Below, in pieces: positions 19,031 through 28,488 of a stretch of 34,200 nt of DNA. The notes below the pieces were generated by a model, which did no database searches, was not told the origin of the DNA, and worked only from the letters and a program-made list of their open reading frames with translations. The translations under genes and the position numbers were made by a program. This DNA is from Nitrososphaeraceae archaeon (lineage in GTDB: Archaea; Thermoproteota; Nitrososphaeria; Nitrososphaerales; Nitrososphaeraceae): assembly GCA_035253345.1 (NCBI GenBank), contig DATFCH010000046.1, forward strand, positions 1-34,200, written 5' to 3'. The first letter of the stretch is position 1, and the number at the start of each line of letters is the position of its first letter.

Positions 19031-20290
19031 TTGCATTGGAAAGATACTCTTCCTGATTGGTATATTCGAGAATTTGGTTATCAACCTAATGTAAATATAG
19101 GTACATCAGGCCATGTAGACCATGGAAAGACTACATTAATTGAAGCCATAACAGGAATTTGGACAAGTGCACACAGTGAAGAACTGAGGAGGGGTATAAC
19201 AATAAAGGTAGGTTATGCAGATGCCGCATTTTATAAATGTAAATCTTGTCCTGCTCCTGAATGTTATTCTACTAAACCTAATTGTAGTAATTGTGGACAA
19301 GAAAGTGAATTGTTAAGGGTAGCTAGTTTTGTAGATTCTCCAGGTCATGAAAGTTTAATGGCTAATATGTTATCTGGAGCAGCCCTTATGGATGGAGCAA
19401 TCCTTGTTGTGGCAGCTAATGAAACAGTTCCTCGTCCACAAACACGAGAGCATATGCTGGCATTAGATGTACTAGGAATTAAACAGATTGTAATTGTCCA
19501 AAATAAGGTAGATCTCACTGAAAAAGATGAAGCCCTGAAGAATTATGATCAAATTAAGGATTTTGTAAATGATAGCGTTGCAAAGAATGCACCAATAATT
19601 CCTGTCTCTGCTCAGCATAATCTAAATATTGAAGTATTAATTGAAGCACTTGAGAAAACTATTCACACTCCTCATAGAAATAGAGAAACTTTTCCTATAA
19701 TGCATGTGTTGCGTTCTTTTGATATTAACAAACCAGGTATGTCAATAAATAAAATATATGGAGGAGCAATAGGAGGAGCATTAATACAAGGTGAATTTAA
19801 TGTTGATGATGAGATTGAAATAAGACCTGGGAATTTAAATAGCAAAGGAAAATATACACCTATTTATTCTAAAATTTCTAGTCTCGGTACAGGTGCTGGA
19901 TTAGTAAAGAATGTAAAGCCAGGCGGGTTAATTTCAATAGGAACTATTTTAGATCCATCATTGGTTAAAAGTGATTCTCTTATAGGGTCGGTTGTAGGAA
20001 AGCCTGGAACATTACCTGATGATGTTTATGACATATCAATTGATACATTTCTTTTTGATTCTGCAGTAGGAACACAAGAACTAGTAAAAGTTGAACCAAT
20101 ACGAAAAAATGAACCACTTAGAGTAAATATTGGAACTTTAGCAACTACTGCATTAGTTGCTAATACGAAAGAAAATAAAATAGAAATAAAATTAAAAAAA
20201 CCAGTAAACCTTACACGAAGCAGCAGAGTTGCCATTAGTAGGAAGATTGGAGAAAGATGGCGTCTTATAGGTTCAGGAATAACAACCTAG
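19031..20290 (+). CDS. eif2g: Translation initiation factor aIF2 gamma subunit
   Basis: QPNVNIG..GHVDHGKT, ELRRGITIKVGYA, zinc knuckle, DSPGHE, QNKVD, RSFDINKPG, WRLIG. Confidence 0.98.
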   Translation: MHWKDTLPDWYIREFGYQPNVNIGTSGHVDHGKTTLIEAITGIWTSAHSEELRRGITIKVGYADAAFYKCKSCPAPECYSTKPNCSNCGQESELLRVASFVDSPGHESLMANMLSGAALMDGAILVVAANETVPRPQTREHMLALDVLGIKQIVIVQNKVDLTEKDEALKNYDQIKDFVNDSVAKNAPIIPVSAQHNLNIEVLIEALEKTIHTPHRNRETFPIMHVLRSFDINKPGMSINKIYGGAIGGALIQGEFNVDDEIEIRPGNLNSKGKYTPIYSKISSLGTGAGLVKNVKPGGLISIGTILDPSLVKSDSLIGSVVGKPGTLPDDVYDISIDTFLFDSAVGTQELVKVEPIRKNEPLRVNIGTLATTALVANTKENKIEIKLKKPVNLTRSSRVAISRKIGERWRLIGSGITT

Positions 20291-20319
20291 TTATAGATAG
20301 TAATAATTTTTGTTAAATC

Positions 20320-20502
20320 TTATAGGGGTTTTTTATCCCAATTATTCTGAAATTCTATCCCCATGTTTAGTGCCTTTTCCTTCATAATATCTAAATATTT
20401 TTCATAAGATATTTTGACTAAACAGTAGGAACAATAGACCTCAGTCATTTCATCATTAACATCTGCCTCTTTTTCACATTTATGGCACTTTGCTTTCAGC
20501 AT
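20320..20502 (-). CDS. Small CxxC-CxxC zinc-ribbon protein
   Basis: CHKC...CSYC in 60 aa; ATG start; fills the gap downstream of top6A. Confidence 0.75.
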   Translation of the reverse strand: MLKAKCHKCEKEADVNDEMTEVYCSYCLVKISYEKYLDIMKEKALNMGIEFQNNWDKKPL

Positions 20503-20585
20503 AGCATCAAATGGTATTATTTATTTAAAAAGATTTATTTAATTTCTTGGTAAATGCTATTTAGATAAATGATTAAAAATATAAA

Positions 20586-21692
20586 TTAAATAACACCGGC
20601 TTCTCGAAGTTTTTTCGGTAGATACTGTTCTGCTAAATATTTAAATCCATGCTTAAAAAAAGCATCTAATTCGCATTTTTCTTTCTTTTTAAGAAATAAA
20701 TCTAACTCTTTCTGCCACTGTTTTTCTTGTAACCATGGTTTTTTTTTCATATCATGCGCTCTATTGATGTCTTCAGAAGTTGAAGCTAACCTGGCAACTT
20801 CTGGAATATTGTAATCATAAATATCTGAAAACATCATACCTAACACTTTTGCATTGGGAGCTACTAATCTTTCACTGTCATAACTTAATGATTCACTCCC
20901 AATTTTATAACGTAAAGCTATACCTAGACCCCAGGGATCGGCATCAGCAAAAATAACAACAGGTTTTTTCCATTTTTCATTTAATTTCTTTACCATCATC
21001 CTAGTAGCTCTATCTGGTTCTCCAGAGCCAGTCATTAGTATAGCATTATATTTTTGGATAAATCCTGATTTTCTTATATTATTTAAAACTGTATCCTTTT
21101 CTACTACCATAACAAAATCTGCCTTAACATCAACAATCTCTACATCGGAAATATTGGTAGGAATGAGTTGTGATGTTGCTCTACTGCCTAAATTACAATC
21201 AATAAGATCTCCACCAACATTTAAAGATATTGGACCTGAAATCATGCCTTTCGGTTTTGAAGTTATAGAAAATTCCTCACGCGGAGTTCCAGTTAGCAAT
21301 TCAACTGCTTTAATCGCATCATCCGAATCTTCTTGGTTTCTCCAGAATTTTTCTTTATTTTTTTCATCTCCCACGGTACTCAAGGTAGCATAATACATTC
21401 CTCTAATAGTACTTTCCATTTCTTCATCTATCAGTTTTCTTATTGCATTGGCCATGACTAGGTATTGAGAAAAAGTTGGAATTTTTTTTGTGGAATTCGG
21501 CGTTATTACAACTTTTTTTTCACCTATAGTAAGCATTTTCTTTTTATCTGACCAAAAAGTATTATCATATCCTAATTTTGAAATTTCTAATGAAGGCATT
21601 TTATTATTAATTAACAAGTCTTTAGAAATATCTGTCATTAAATTCTGAATTTTTTTTATTATTGCTTGATGTCGTTGATTTTTTGTGGGCAA
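20586..21692 (-). CDS. top6A: DNA topoisomerase VI subunit A
   Basis: TIRGMYY (catalytic Tyr), TOPRIM VVEKD and DADPWG, CELDA; AAGGA before TTG. Confidence 0.95.
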   Translation of the reverse strand: MPTKNQRHQAIIKKIQNLMTDISKDLLINNKMPSLEISKLGYDNTFWSDKKKMLTIGEKKVVITPNSTKKIPTFSQYLVMANAIRKLIDEEMESTIRGMYYATLSTVGDEKNKEKFWRNQEDSDDAIKAVELLTGTPREEFSITSKPKGMISGPISLNVGGDLIDCNLGSRATSQLIPTNISDVEIVDVKADFVMVVEKDTVLNNIRKSGFIQKYNAILMTGSGEPDRATRMMVKKLNEKWKKPVVIFADADPWGLGIALRYKIGSESLSYDSERLVAPNAKVLGMMFSDIYDYNIPEVARLASTSEDINRAHDMKKKPWLQEKQWQKELDLFLKKKEKCELDAFFKHGFKYLAEQYLPKKLREAGVI

Positions 21693-21698
21693 AATTCC

Positions 21699-23627
21699 TT
21701 ATCTCCTATTAAAATCATCTAAAGTTGTCTTTTTTCTGGATATGATATTTTCAGTTGTAAAAGCTTTTCTATTTTTATTTTTTAGATATTTATTTTTTTG
21801 TTTATTATTTTTAGGTAATTCTTCTTGTTTCGTTATTTTATTTTCAAGCAAAGTCCCGTGTTTATTATTGTAGTCATATTCAATTGGAGGAGTTAGTTCT
21901 TTTTTGACATGCTTTTCAGCTATTTTGATAAATTTCTCTGTAAGTTTATTTTGGTCGATATTAATTGAATCAGATATTGCGTCAACAATCAATGGAATAT
22001 AGAACTTATATAACTTTAATCTATTTTCGGCATCTTTAATTCGTAAATCTTTTCGAATTTGGGCACTAATTTTCCTATAAAGATCGGAGAGACAAAGTTT
22101 CATATATTTTTTCATTTCTCCCTCTGATGCAATGCTTTCTTTTCCAGCGGTTTTATAAGGTATTTTTGTGGAACAGATATGGAAAAATATGTGAAGTGGG
22201 AGAAGTTCAACAGCCCTATCAGATCTGTTCTTTTGATCACTAGCAAATTGTTCTTTTACCTCTTTTTTTGTAATACCCATTTTATTTATTCCAACTTCAG
22301 AAACCACTTCTCTTGCAACATCTGAGCCTTCATCATATAATAATGGAATTTTATTTGCAAATCTGTATAGTTTGAATGAATTTATACTTCCTCCATAGGC
22401 AATTCCGCATTCAATGATAGTAGGTCTATTGTTGATGACTGTTGAGCGGGAGGAATATGCAGTTAGAGCTGGTTTTAATATTCTTAAATTTAGATTATGT
22501 ACAATTTCAGTTTGATCTGTTTTTTTATGTTGATCTTTAGAATTGACTATGATATATTCTGCCATCATCCCGGTGGTCAGTATCTTTTCTTCTATTGGAC
22601 TTAAATGATCGGTTTTAGGAGCTTGAAATTTTGTATGTTTACAAGAATTTACTATTTTAAGAAGATCACTTTCAGTAAATAAACTAGCTGATTTATTTTC
22701 TAGACCTGAGGAACTTATTATTTCTCGCGCTTTCTCTATAGAGAGTTTTTGGAACGAAGACGATAAAACATTTTGAATAGTGATTTTTTGATTAGTAAAA
22801 TTCAATATTGCTTTTTTCAATGTTTGTAAGTCCATCTCTGCTGGGTGAGGGAGAACTTCATATGCTGGTTGCGGCATCGTTTCAGTTCGTCTTTCAAAAG
22901 TAATTTTTCCATCATCGTTTTCAAATTCTATATTAGCGTAGGGATTCACAATACTAGTTTGGGAAACATAGTCATAGATCTTAGTTTTGGTAATAGGAGA
23001 TAATCTAGCACGTAAAGTAGCAATTATTTTAAACCCGTGCTTATCCTGAATTTGTTTTTCTGATTTAGTTAATATTTTTTTATTTATTATTATTGGTTTA
23101 TTGGTAGTTATATCAGTACGTAATTCATGATAATACTCTGAATCTTCATCAATCGACTTCGACCAGACCATAATGGGTTTGTCAGTATCTTTGGTAGAAA
23201 ATGCCGCTATCATTTTCAACCCTACTCCAAATAATCCTCTTTGTTGTTTTTCGACGTACTTCCCAGATGTCAAAAATGAACATACAGCTACAGGAACTTT
23301 TTCTGAGATTATCCCTATTCCGTTATCCATACAAGAGATTCGCCATAAATCATTTTCAGAATCTATGCTGTGCATGGATATTGAAATATTTGGAAGAATA
23401 TGATGAATTTCACAAGAATCTAACGAATTTTCAATTAGCTCTCGTATCGACATATAGAGTATCCTCTCACCTGTAAACCCAGCCAAAGCTGAATTATCTA
23501 TAAAAAATTCTGATTCGGCTTTTTTATTATATTTTACTTTATGATTTTTAGTATCATTTAAAGTGGGATTATCTTTATCTTTATTTCTTTTTTGGTATTT
23601 TAATTCCAATCTGGGATTTGCTTTCAA
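21699..23627 (-). CDS. top6B: DNA topoisomerase VI subunit B
   Basis: GHKL motifs RELIENSLD, DNGIG, QQRGLFGVG; PHP; RFANKIPLLYD; STKIPYKTAGKE. Confidence 0.96.
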   Translation of the reverse strand: MKANPRLELKYQKRNKDKDNPTLNDTKNHKVKYNKKAESEFFIDNSALAGFTGERILYMSIRELIENSLDSCEIHHILPNISISMHSIDSENDLWRISCMDNGIGIISEKVPVAVCSFLTSGKYVEKQQRGLFGVGLKMIAAFSTKDTDKPIMVWSKSIDEDSEYYHELRTDITTNKPIIINKKILTKSEKQIQDKHGFKIIATLRARLSPITKTKIYDYVSQTSIVNPYANIEFENDDGKITFERRTETMPQPAYEVLPHPAEMDLQTLKKAILNFTNQKITIQNVLSSSFQKLSIEKAREIISSSGLENKSASLFTESDLLKIVNSCKHTKFQAPKTDHLSPIEEKILTTGMMAEYIIVNSKDQHKKTDQTEIVHNLNLRILKPALTAYSSRSTVINNRPTIIECGIAYGGSINSFKLYRFANKIPLLYDEGSDVAREVVSEVGINKMGITKKEVKEQFASDQKNRSDRAVELLPLHIFFHICSTKIPYKTAGKESIASEGEMKKYMKLCLSDLYRKISAQIRKDLRIKDAENRLKLYKFYIPLIVDAISDSINIDQNKLTEKFIKIAEKHVKKELTPPIEYDYNNKHGTLLENKITKQEELPKNNKQKNKYLKNKNRKAFTTENIISRKKTTLDDFNRR

Positions 23628-23695
23628 TAGACATATTTTTTTATAAGTAACTAAATTTATCTTTTAGGCCTAACATATAGCAATAGTAAAAATTG

Positions 23696-23854
23696 TTATA
23701 TCTTAGAGCCGTATGGAGTAGTAGAAATTCTAAGCTCCTTTAATGTTTCAAAATTTACTTCAATTAAAAATCTCTTTCCATCCTTTTCAATAACAATGAA
23801 ATCGGAGCCAATTCCCATGATTTGTCCACCAATGAGTTTTTTATATTTGTTCAA
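23696..23854 (-). CDS. Small 52-aa protein, not in ORF track
   Basis: Hand translation TTG..TAA: MNKYKKLIGGQIMGIGSDFIVIEKDGKRFLIEVNFETLKELRISTTPYGSKI; co-oriented with flanking genes and fills the gap. Confidence 0.65.
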   Translation of the reverse strand: MNKYKKLIGGQIMGIGSDFIVIEKDGKRFLIEVNFETLKELRISTTPYGSKI

Positions 23855-23898
23855 AGTCTAGATAAGAATATTTCATGATATTATAAGTTCTTTCGGAT

Positions 23899-24288
23899 TT
23901 ATTTACTATTAAATTGATTAAAAATTATGTTATTATAGTGTATTATCATATCTGGATCTACAATTCCCTGTGTTACCATTTGTTTTCCATCAGATAATGT
24001 AATATCCATTGCTACGGCACTATACGGGATATCAAAAAAATCTATTTGTTTCTCTTTAATAGTATCATAAATCTTATAAACAATTTGGTTTTCAAATTTA
24101 AATCCAACAATTCGAGATATTTTACGATATCCTGCACCACCTGCCCTACCACCTGCAGATCCTTTTGATTCTTCTATAAATAAAATAAAAATTTGATTTA
24201 ATGATGAACTATCGGCTAAATCCAATTCTTTTTCAGTTACTATCAATTTTCTCTGTCGATTTGATAATAAAGATTCTAATTCATTCAT
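23899..24288 (-). CDS. Hypothetical protein with Gly-rich loop
   Basis: 129-aa ORF, ATG start, GSAGGRAGGAGYRKI. Confidence 0.8.
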   Translation of the reverse strand: MNELESLLSNRQRKLIVTEKELDLADSSSLNQIFILFIEESKGSAGGRAGGAGYRKISRIVGFKFENQIVYKIYDTIKEKQIDFFDIPYSAVAMDITLSDGKQMVTQGIVDPDMIIHYNNIIFNQFNSK

Positions 24289-24335
24289 AATTTTTTAGTA
24301 GACGGTTCTTTTGAAAAAAATTTTCTTAAATTGAC

Positions 24336-27131
24336 CTATTTAATAGCTGTTCTGTTTTTTATAATTATTTTTTCAATGGTTGCTTTGTCTATGTCTATAG
24401 GCTGATCTGAGGGATTAGTATTTAATGCGGCAATTTTATCCACAACATCAATTCCATCAATAACTTTACCGAAAACTGTATATTGATTGTCAAGGAATCT
24501 CGCATCTTTGGTTACAATGAAAAATTGTGATCCTGCACTGTTTGGATCAGATGTTCTTGCCATAGACAGAATTCCTTTTTGATGAGGTATATCATTAAAT
24601 TCTGCGTTAAGCGTATAGTTTGGTCCACCTGTACCCCATCTATCTCTGGATTGATTGCTATTTTTAGTAGTTGGGTCGCCACCTTGAATAACAAAATCTT
24701 TTACAATACGATGAAAAACTGTCCCATCATAAAAACCAGATTTCGAAAGATTTAGGAAGCTATCTACATGTTTAGGTGCGGCATTAGGGAAAAATTCTAC
24801 TGTAATATTTCCTAATGACGTTTCTAAAATTGCAACGCTATCTGAAGGAGTCATATTGGCCTTGATCATATTTTCAGTCTTTTCATTGGCTTTATTTGAT
24901 TCTTTGTCTTTTGTAACATTCGCATTAATAGTTGAATTGATCGAAACAGGATGGGGTATGTAATTTTTATTTACCTCGTAAAGAAGTACTCCAAAAACTA
25001 TATCATCGCTGTCATCGTTGAAGCTTGGAGAAGCATATACTAATTTGAAAGGTTGATCACCTGTTCCATTTATTGGATATTTTATATCTTTAAGGTTTAA
25101 GGCTATAGTTCCACTTGAATATTCAGGTTGGATATTTTTTAATACACCATTTCCAAAAGAAGCATAAGAGACAGGACTAAATGGAATTAATTTTCCTAAT
25201 AAAGTATTATTCCAAAAATTAGAATTAGGAGTAAAACCATCATCTTCCACATAATCTTTTTCATTAAATCCACCTATTCGCATAAACCATTGTTTTTTAC
25301 TTTCATCGCCTCCACTTCCCAAAGTATAGAAGGAATTACCATTAGGGCCATTATGTCTATCTGCGACAATGTAAATTACTACATAATCAGCTTTTAAGTT
25401 CTGAGCCATTTTTGTCGCGGTTTCAGGTTCGCTCATTAACATTTGAGCTATATTTGCTATCCTTGTTTGATTGATTGTAGCATTATCAGCAAGTGTCGTC
25501 CTATTCCCCAGAGTAGTTATCCAATAACCATAATCCCACCATGATGCAATTACTGAATCCTTTGGTGTATTATTCGAAATCCAATCCAAAGCGTCTGTCC
25601 AATCTTCTACTTGCATTCTGAAACCAGTAGCTCCATTAACTATTGAAGCAGGAATATCAGCTGAACTAATCCAATTAAAGTTCTTTGGATAGATCAGACC
25701 ATTATAATCAATCAATGGAATCGAAATTAAAAATACAATTACAGCGACAAAAATGATTTTGACCATTGGTTTAGTTTGTGATAAAATTTTACCTTCTTTA
25801 ATATTTTTTCTAAATTCTCTTTCCGTGATTTTGTTTGATGCTTCAATCCTGTTTTGCATAATACTTCTTGTTAATTCGTAAATGCCTAAAGAGGCTAGTA
25901 TAACAATAGCTATTGAAGAATATACCATAAGTCTCGCAAAAGTTGCGCTGACATAAAGTCCAGTGAGCCCAATTATCAATGCAAAGACAGTCATATCTGT
26001 TCTTTTTGAAAATGCGGCCCAAACCCCAAAACCTGCAAATATTAATAATATCGAATAGTCCGTAAAATAGTCGACCACTGTCGGAGTGGTATGTTCTGCA
26101 ACCGATTCTACAAGAGGATTATGAGAAGATAAGAATGGATTAACTGCAACAAGATATCTAAATGAAGAAGGTTGATAAGCTCCTACTGCAAATATGCTTA
26201 TTCCAATTAAAATAAATATTCCAAGAGCCGCAATCAAATTTCGAGTAATATTTTTGGTTGAACTTTTTTTTCTAATTACTGTCCCTACAATTGCAAACAC
26301 CATGCCAACAGTCATGGCTATTCCCGGTAATCCTATAACAAAAGAAATTCCCGGTCGGGGAAATGATCCTGCAGTAATTAAAGTTACAACTGTAAAAACT
26401 ATAATACCGTAAACAAATATAGAGTCTTTTCTCAGAAAAGGCAAGGCAAAAAAGAATATTGCTATTGGTATACTAAAATACTGAATACCACCCCATGAAG
26501 AATTTGCTAATCCTAAAATAAAACCTGCTCCTATCGCTTTTAGGATTATGAATTTTAAATTATTGTGTTTTATTGATGAAAGAAATAAATAAACTGATAA
26601 TAATCCTAAAAAAAGACCTAAAGGTTCAGATTTGAACCATCCGAGATTGCCTCTTTGAATAATTGCAGGCATAAATGCAAATAGTAAACTTGCAATCATA
26701 CCAGCGGAAGTTCCACCTAAATTTCTAACCAAAGCAAAGATTACAATTGTTGTTAGCGAGCCAATCACTACCGGAAAAATTATGACGAAATTTAGTAGTG
26801 AACTGCCAAAACCAAAAATTTTGTAAAGAGTAGCTGCAGTCAAATGAAGTGCAACTTGAGAGGTTGTTGGTACAAATCTACCTTCTGGGTACCATGACTC
26901 AGTATCATGCCAATTTAAATAAGCTTCAAAACCATTATCAATAATATATTTCGTAGCCCTATAATCAAAATATGGGTCGAACTCATTGAGCGCAAATCCA
27001 TATTTTATTGGATAAGATCTAATAATAAAGGCAGTAGAAAATGCTATTGCCAAAACAAGAACGACTAAAAGATGTTTAGTTTTAAAGTCAAATGACTTAA
27101 CCTGAAATAAAGTTTTATTTCCTGATAACAA
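24336..27131 (-). CDS. aglB: Oligosaccharyltransferase AglB (STT3) fused to a C-terminal cyclophilin-type PPIase
   Basis: Multi-TM N-terminal half, EFDPYF, SVAEH, WWDYG, DNAT, DESK; C-terminal FHRIVKDFVIQGGDP, LSMAR, SAGSQFFI, YTVFGKV. Confidence 0.95.
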   Translation of the reverse strand: MLSGNKTLFQVKSFDFKTKHLLVVLVLAIAFSTAFIIRSYPIKYGFALNEFDPYFDYRATKYIIDNGFEAYLNWHDTESWYPEGRFVPTTSQVALHLTAATLYKIFGFGSSLLNFVIIFPVVIGSLTTIVIFALVRNLGGTSAGMIASLLFAFMPAIIQRGNLGWFKSEPLGLFLGLLSVYLFLSSIKHNNLKFIILKAIGAGFILGLANSSWGGIQYFSIPIAIFFFALPFLRKDSIFVYGIIVFTVVTLITAGSFPRPGISFVIGLPGIAMTVGMVFAIVGTVIRKKSSTKNITRNLIAALGIFILIGISIFAVGAYQPSSFRYLVAVNPFLSSHNPLVESVAEHTTPTVVDYFTDYSILLIFAGFGVWAAFSKRTDMTVFALIIGLTGLYVSATFARLMVYSSIAIVILASLGIYELTRSIMQNRIEASNKITEREFRKNIKEGKILSQTKPMVKIIFVAVIVFLISIPLIDYNGLIYPKNFNWISSADIPASIVNGATGFRMQVEDWTDALDWISNNTPKDSVIASWWDYGYWITTLGNRTTLADNATINQTRIANIAQMLMSEPETATKMAQNLKADYVVIYIVADRHNGPNGNSFYTLGSGGDESKKQWFMRIGGFNEKDYVEDDGFTPNSNFWNNTLLGKLIPFSPVSYASFGNGVLKNIQPEYSSGTIALNLKDIKYPINGTGDQPFKLVYASPSFNDDSDDIVFGVLLYEVNKNYIPHPVSINSTINANVTKDKESNKANEKTENMIKANMTPSDSVAILETSLGNITVEFFPNAAPKHVDSFLNLSKSGFYDGTVFHRIVKDFVIQGGDPTTKNSNQSRDRWGTGGPNYTLNAEFNDIPHQKGILSMARTSDPNSAGSQFFIVTKDARFLDNQYTVFGKVIDGIDVVDKIAALNTNPSDQPIDIDKATIEKIIIKNRTAIK

Positions 27132-27463
27132 TGTAATAAATTACTAATTTTCACTTCCTTTTTAAGGTAATGGCTATTTTTAGTTGTTATAAACCTATTA
27201 AAAAAATGTTAATCAATAGAACTTCAAATATCAAGAGACATTTGGCGTATCAGTGTTATTTCGTTCTTGTCAATAATAAGAGAGAATTGTTAATTTTATA
27301 AAAATTTAGGAAACATTTTCTATTGAAACATGATTTACAATTAAGAATTCATTAAGGTTAAGAAATAAAATTGATAATTTTTAAATTTTTCTTAAATTTT
27401 AAATGTTATTTCAATTTAATTACCCTTTTTTCTGGCATATCCATGTATTTTTCATAAGGATTG

Positions 27464-28393
27464 TTATAAAAGATATGAATAAAGAAAGGGCAATAAAGTA
27501 GTTATTTCACCATGGATTGTAACTTGTTTTGCGTCTGATTTTACCTTATTCCATGATATAGCTTCTTTTACTTCAGCTCCACTTAAACTTCCATCCCACT
27601 CGTTTGCTGTAGTAATATAAACAGCATAGTCTAAACCATCTTTGAATTGATTCCACCACAAGGTATGATGTTTAGAAATTCCTCCACCAAGCATTAATGC
27701 ACCGGTTTGTTTTGATTCAAAAATAAGGTCAGAAATCTTGGTCTGATCTTTTAAAATATTAAATTTCATATCCTTATGATTTTGATAGAATAGCCATATT
27801 TGATTCCCTACTGCTCCATCTACGATTCCTGGAACTATGACTGGGATCTCGTTTTTGTGCGCCCAATATAAAAAGGAGGATTTATCTAATTTACTTCCAA
27901 TATGATCAAGTAATTCAAACCCAGCAAATTCTTTGGTATCCTTGTACAACTCATTTATATATTCTTGAATCTTGGTTTCTATTATAGGTCCATAATTCTC
28001 ATTTGGAATAAAAACGTTACCCAATCTATGTAATTTATTTTTTTTAAGATATTTATCATCCACATTGAAATCTCCAGCATAATATTTTACAAACGATCTA
28101 GCTACATCATGATCTATTGCCCCACAGGTGGTAATGATGCAGTCAAACATATTTTTTTTAATCATATCTCTAATTATTCCTCTTAGTCCAGTTGAAATTA
28201 TTGCTCCTATAAAAGACAAGAATTTTGTACATTGTGACTCTTCTTTCATCTTCTGTAAAATACTAATTCCCGTACTAAGATTGACTGACTCAAAACCACC
28301 AGACTTTGACATTTGATCGATAATTTCTCTTAACTCGTTTTTCTTAATATTATAATCTTCTATATCATATTTTACTAATTTTTTATTATCCAT
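27464..28393 (-). CDS. dys: Deoxyhypusine synthase (archaeal/eukaryotic type)
   Basis: ISTGLRG, HRLGNVFIP, LGGGISKHH, DGSLSGA, EAISWNK with catalytic Lys. Confidence 0.93.
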   Translation of the reverse strand: MDNKKLVKYDIEDYNIKKNELREIIDQMSKSGGFESVNLSTGISILQKMKEESQCTKFLSFIGAIISTGLRGIIRDMIKKNMFDCIITTCGAIDHDVARSFVKYYAGDFNVDDKYLKKNKLHRLGNVFIPNENYGPIIETKIQEYINELYKDTKEFAGFELLDHIGSKLDKSSFLYWAHKNEIPVIVPGIVDGAVGNQIWLFYQNHKDMKFNILKDQTKISDLIFESKQTGALMLGGGISKHHTLWWNQFKDGLDYAVYITTANEWDGSLSGAEVKEAISWNKVKSDAKQVTIHGEITTLLPFLYSYLL

Positions 28394-28457
28394 ATAGCAT
28401 TCATAATTTATTTGCTATATGAATATATTTTAAATATTTTCTATGGAATAGACGAAT

Positions 28458-28465
28458 TTTATAAA
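28458..28465 (+). promoter_or_regulatory. Candidate TATA box for the DHS-like gene
   Basis: TTTATAAA 24-31 nt upstream of GTG 28489, preceded by purine-rich GACGAA. Confidence 0.5.
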
Positions 28466-28488
28466 AGGTACCTATTTTATAATGTTAT

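Noticed and set aside
88-28316. Antisense or alternate-frame ORFs in the track (e.g. 88-444, 1497-1688, 3326-3520, 3438-3860, 5152-5370, 9590-9778, 10771-11286, 12163-12387, 13168-13407, 16349-16594, 16640-16837, 20026-20235, 21154-21393, 21685-21873, 23173-23476, 24512-24694, 26194-26412, 28128-28316)
   Set aside because: They overlap well-supported genes and show no recognisable motifs; typical shadow ORFs
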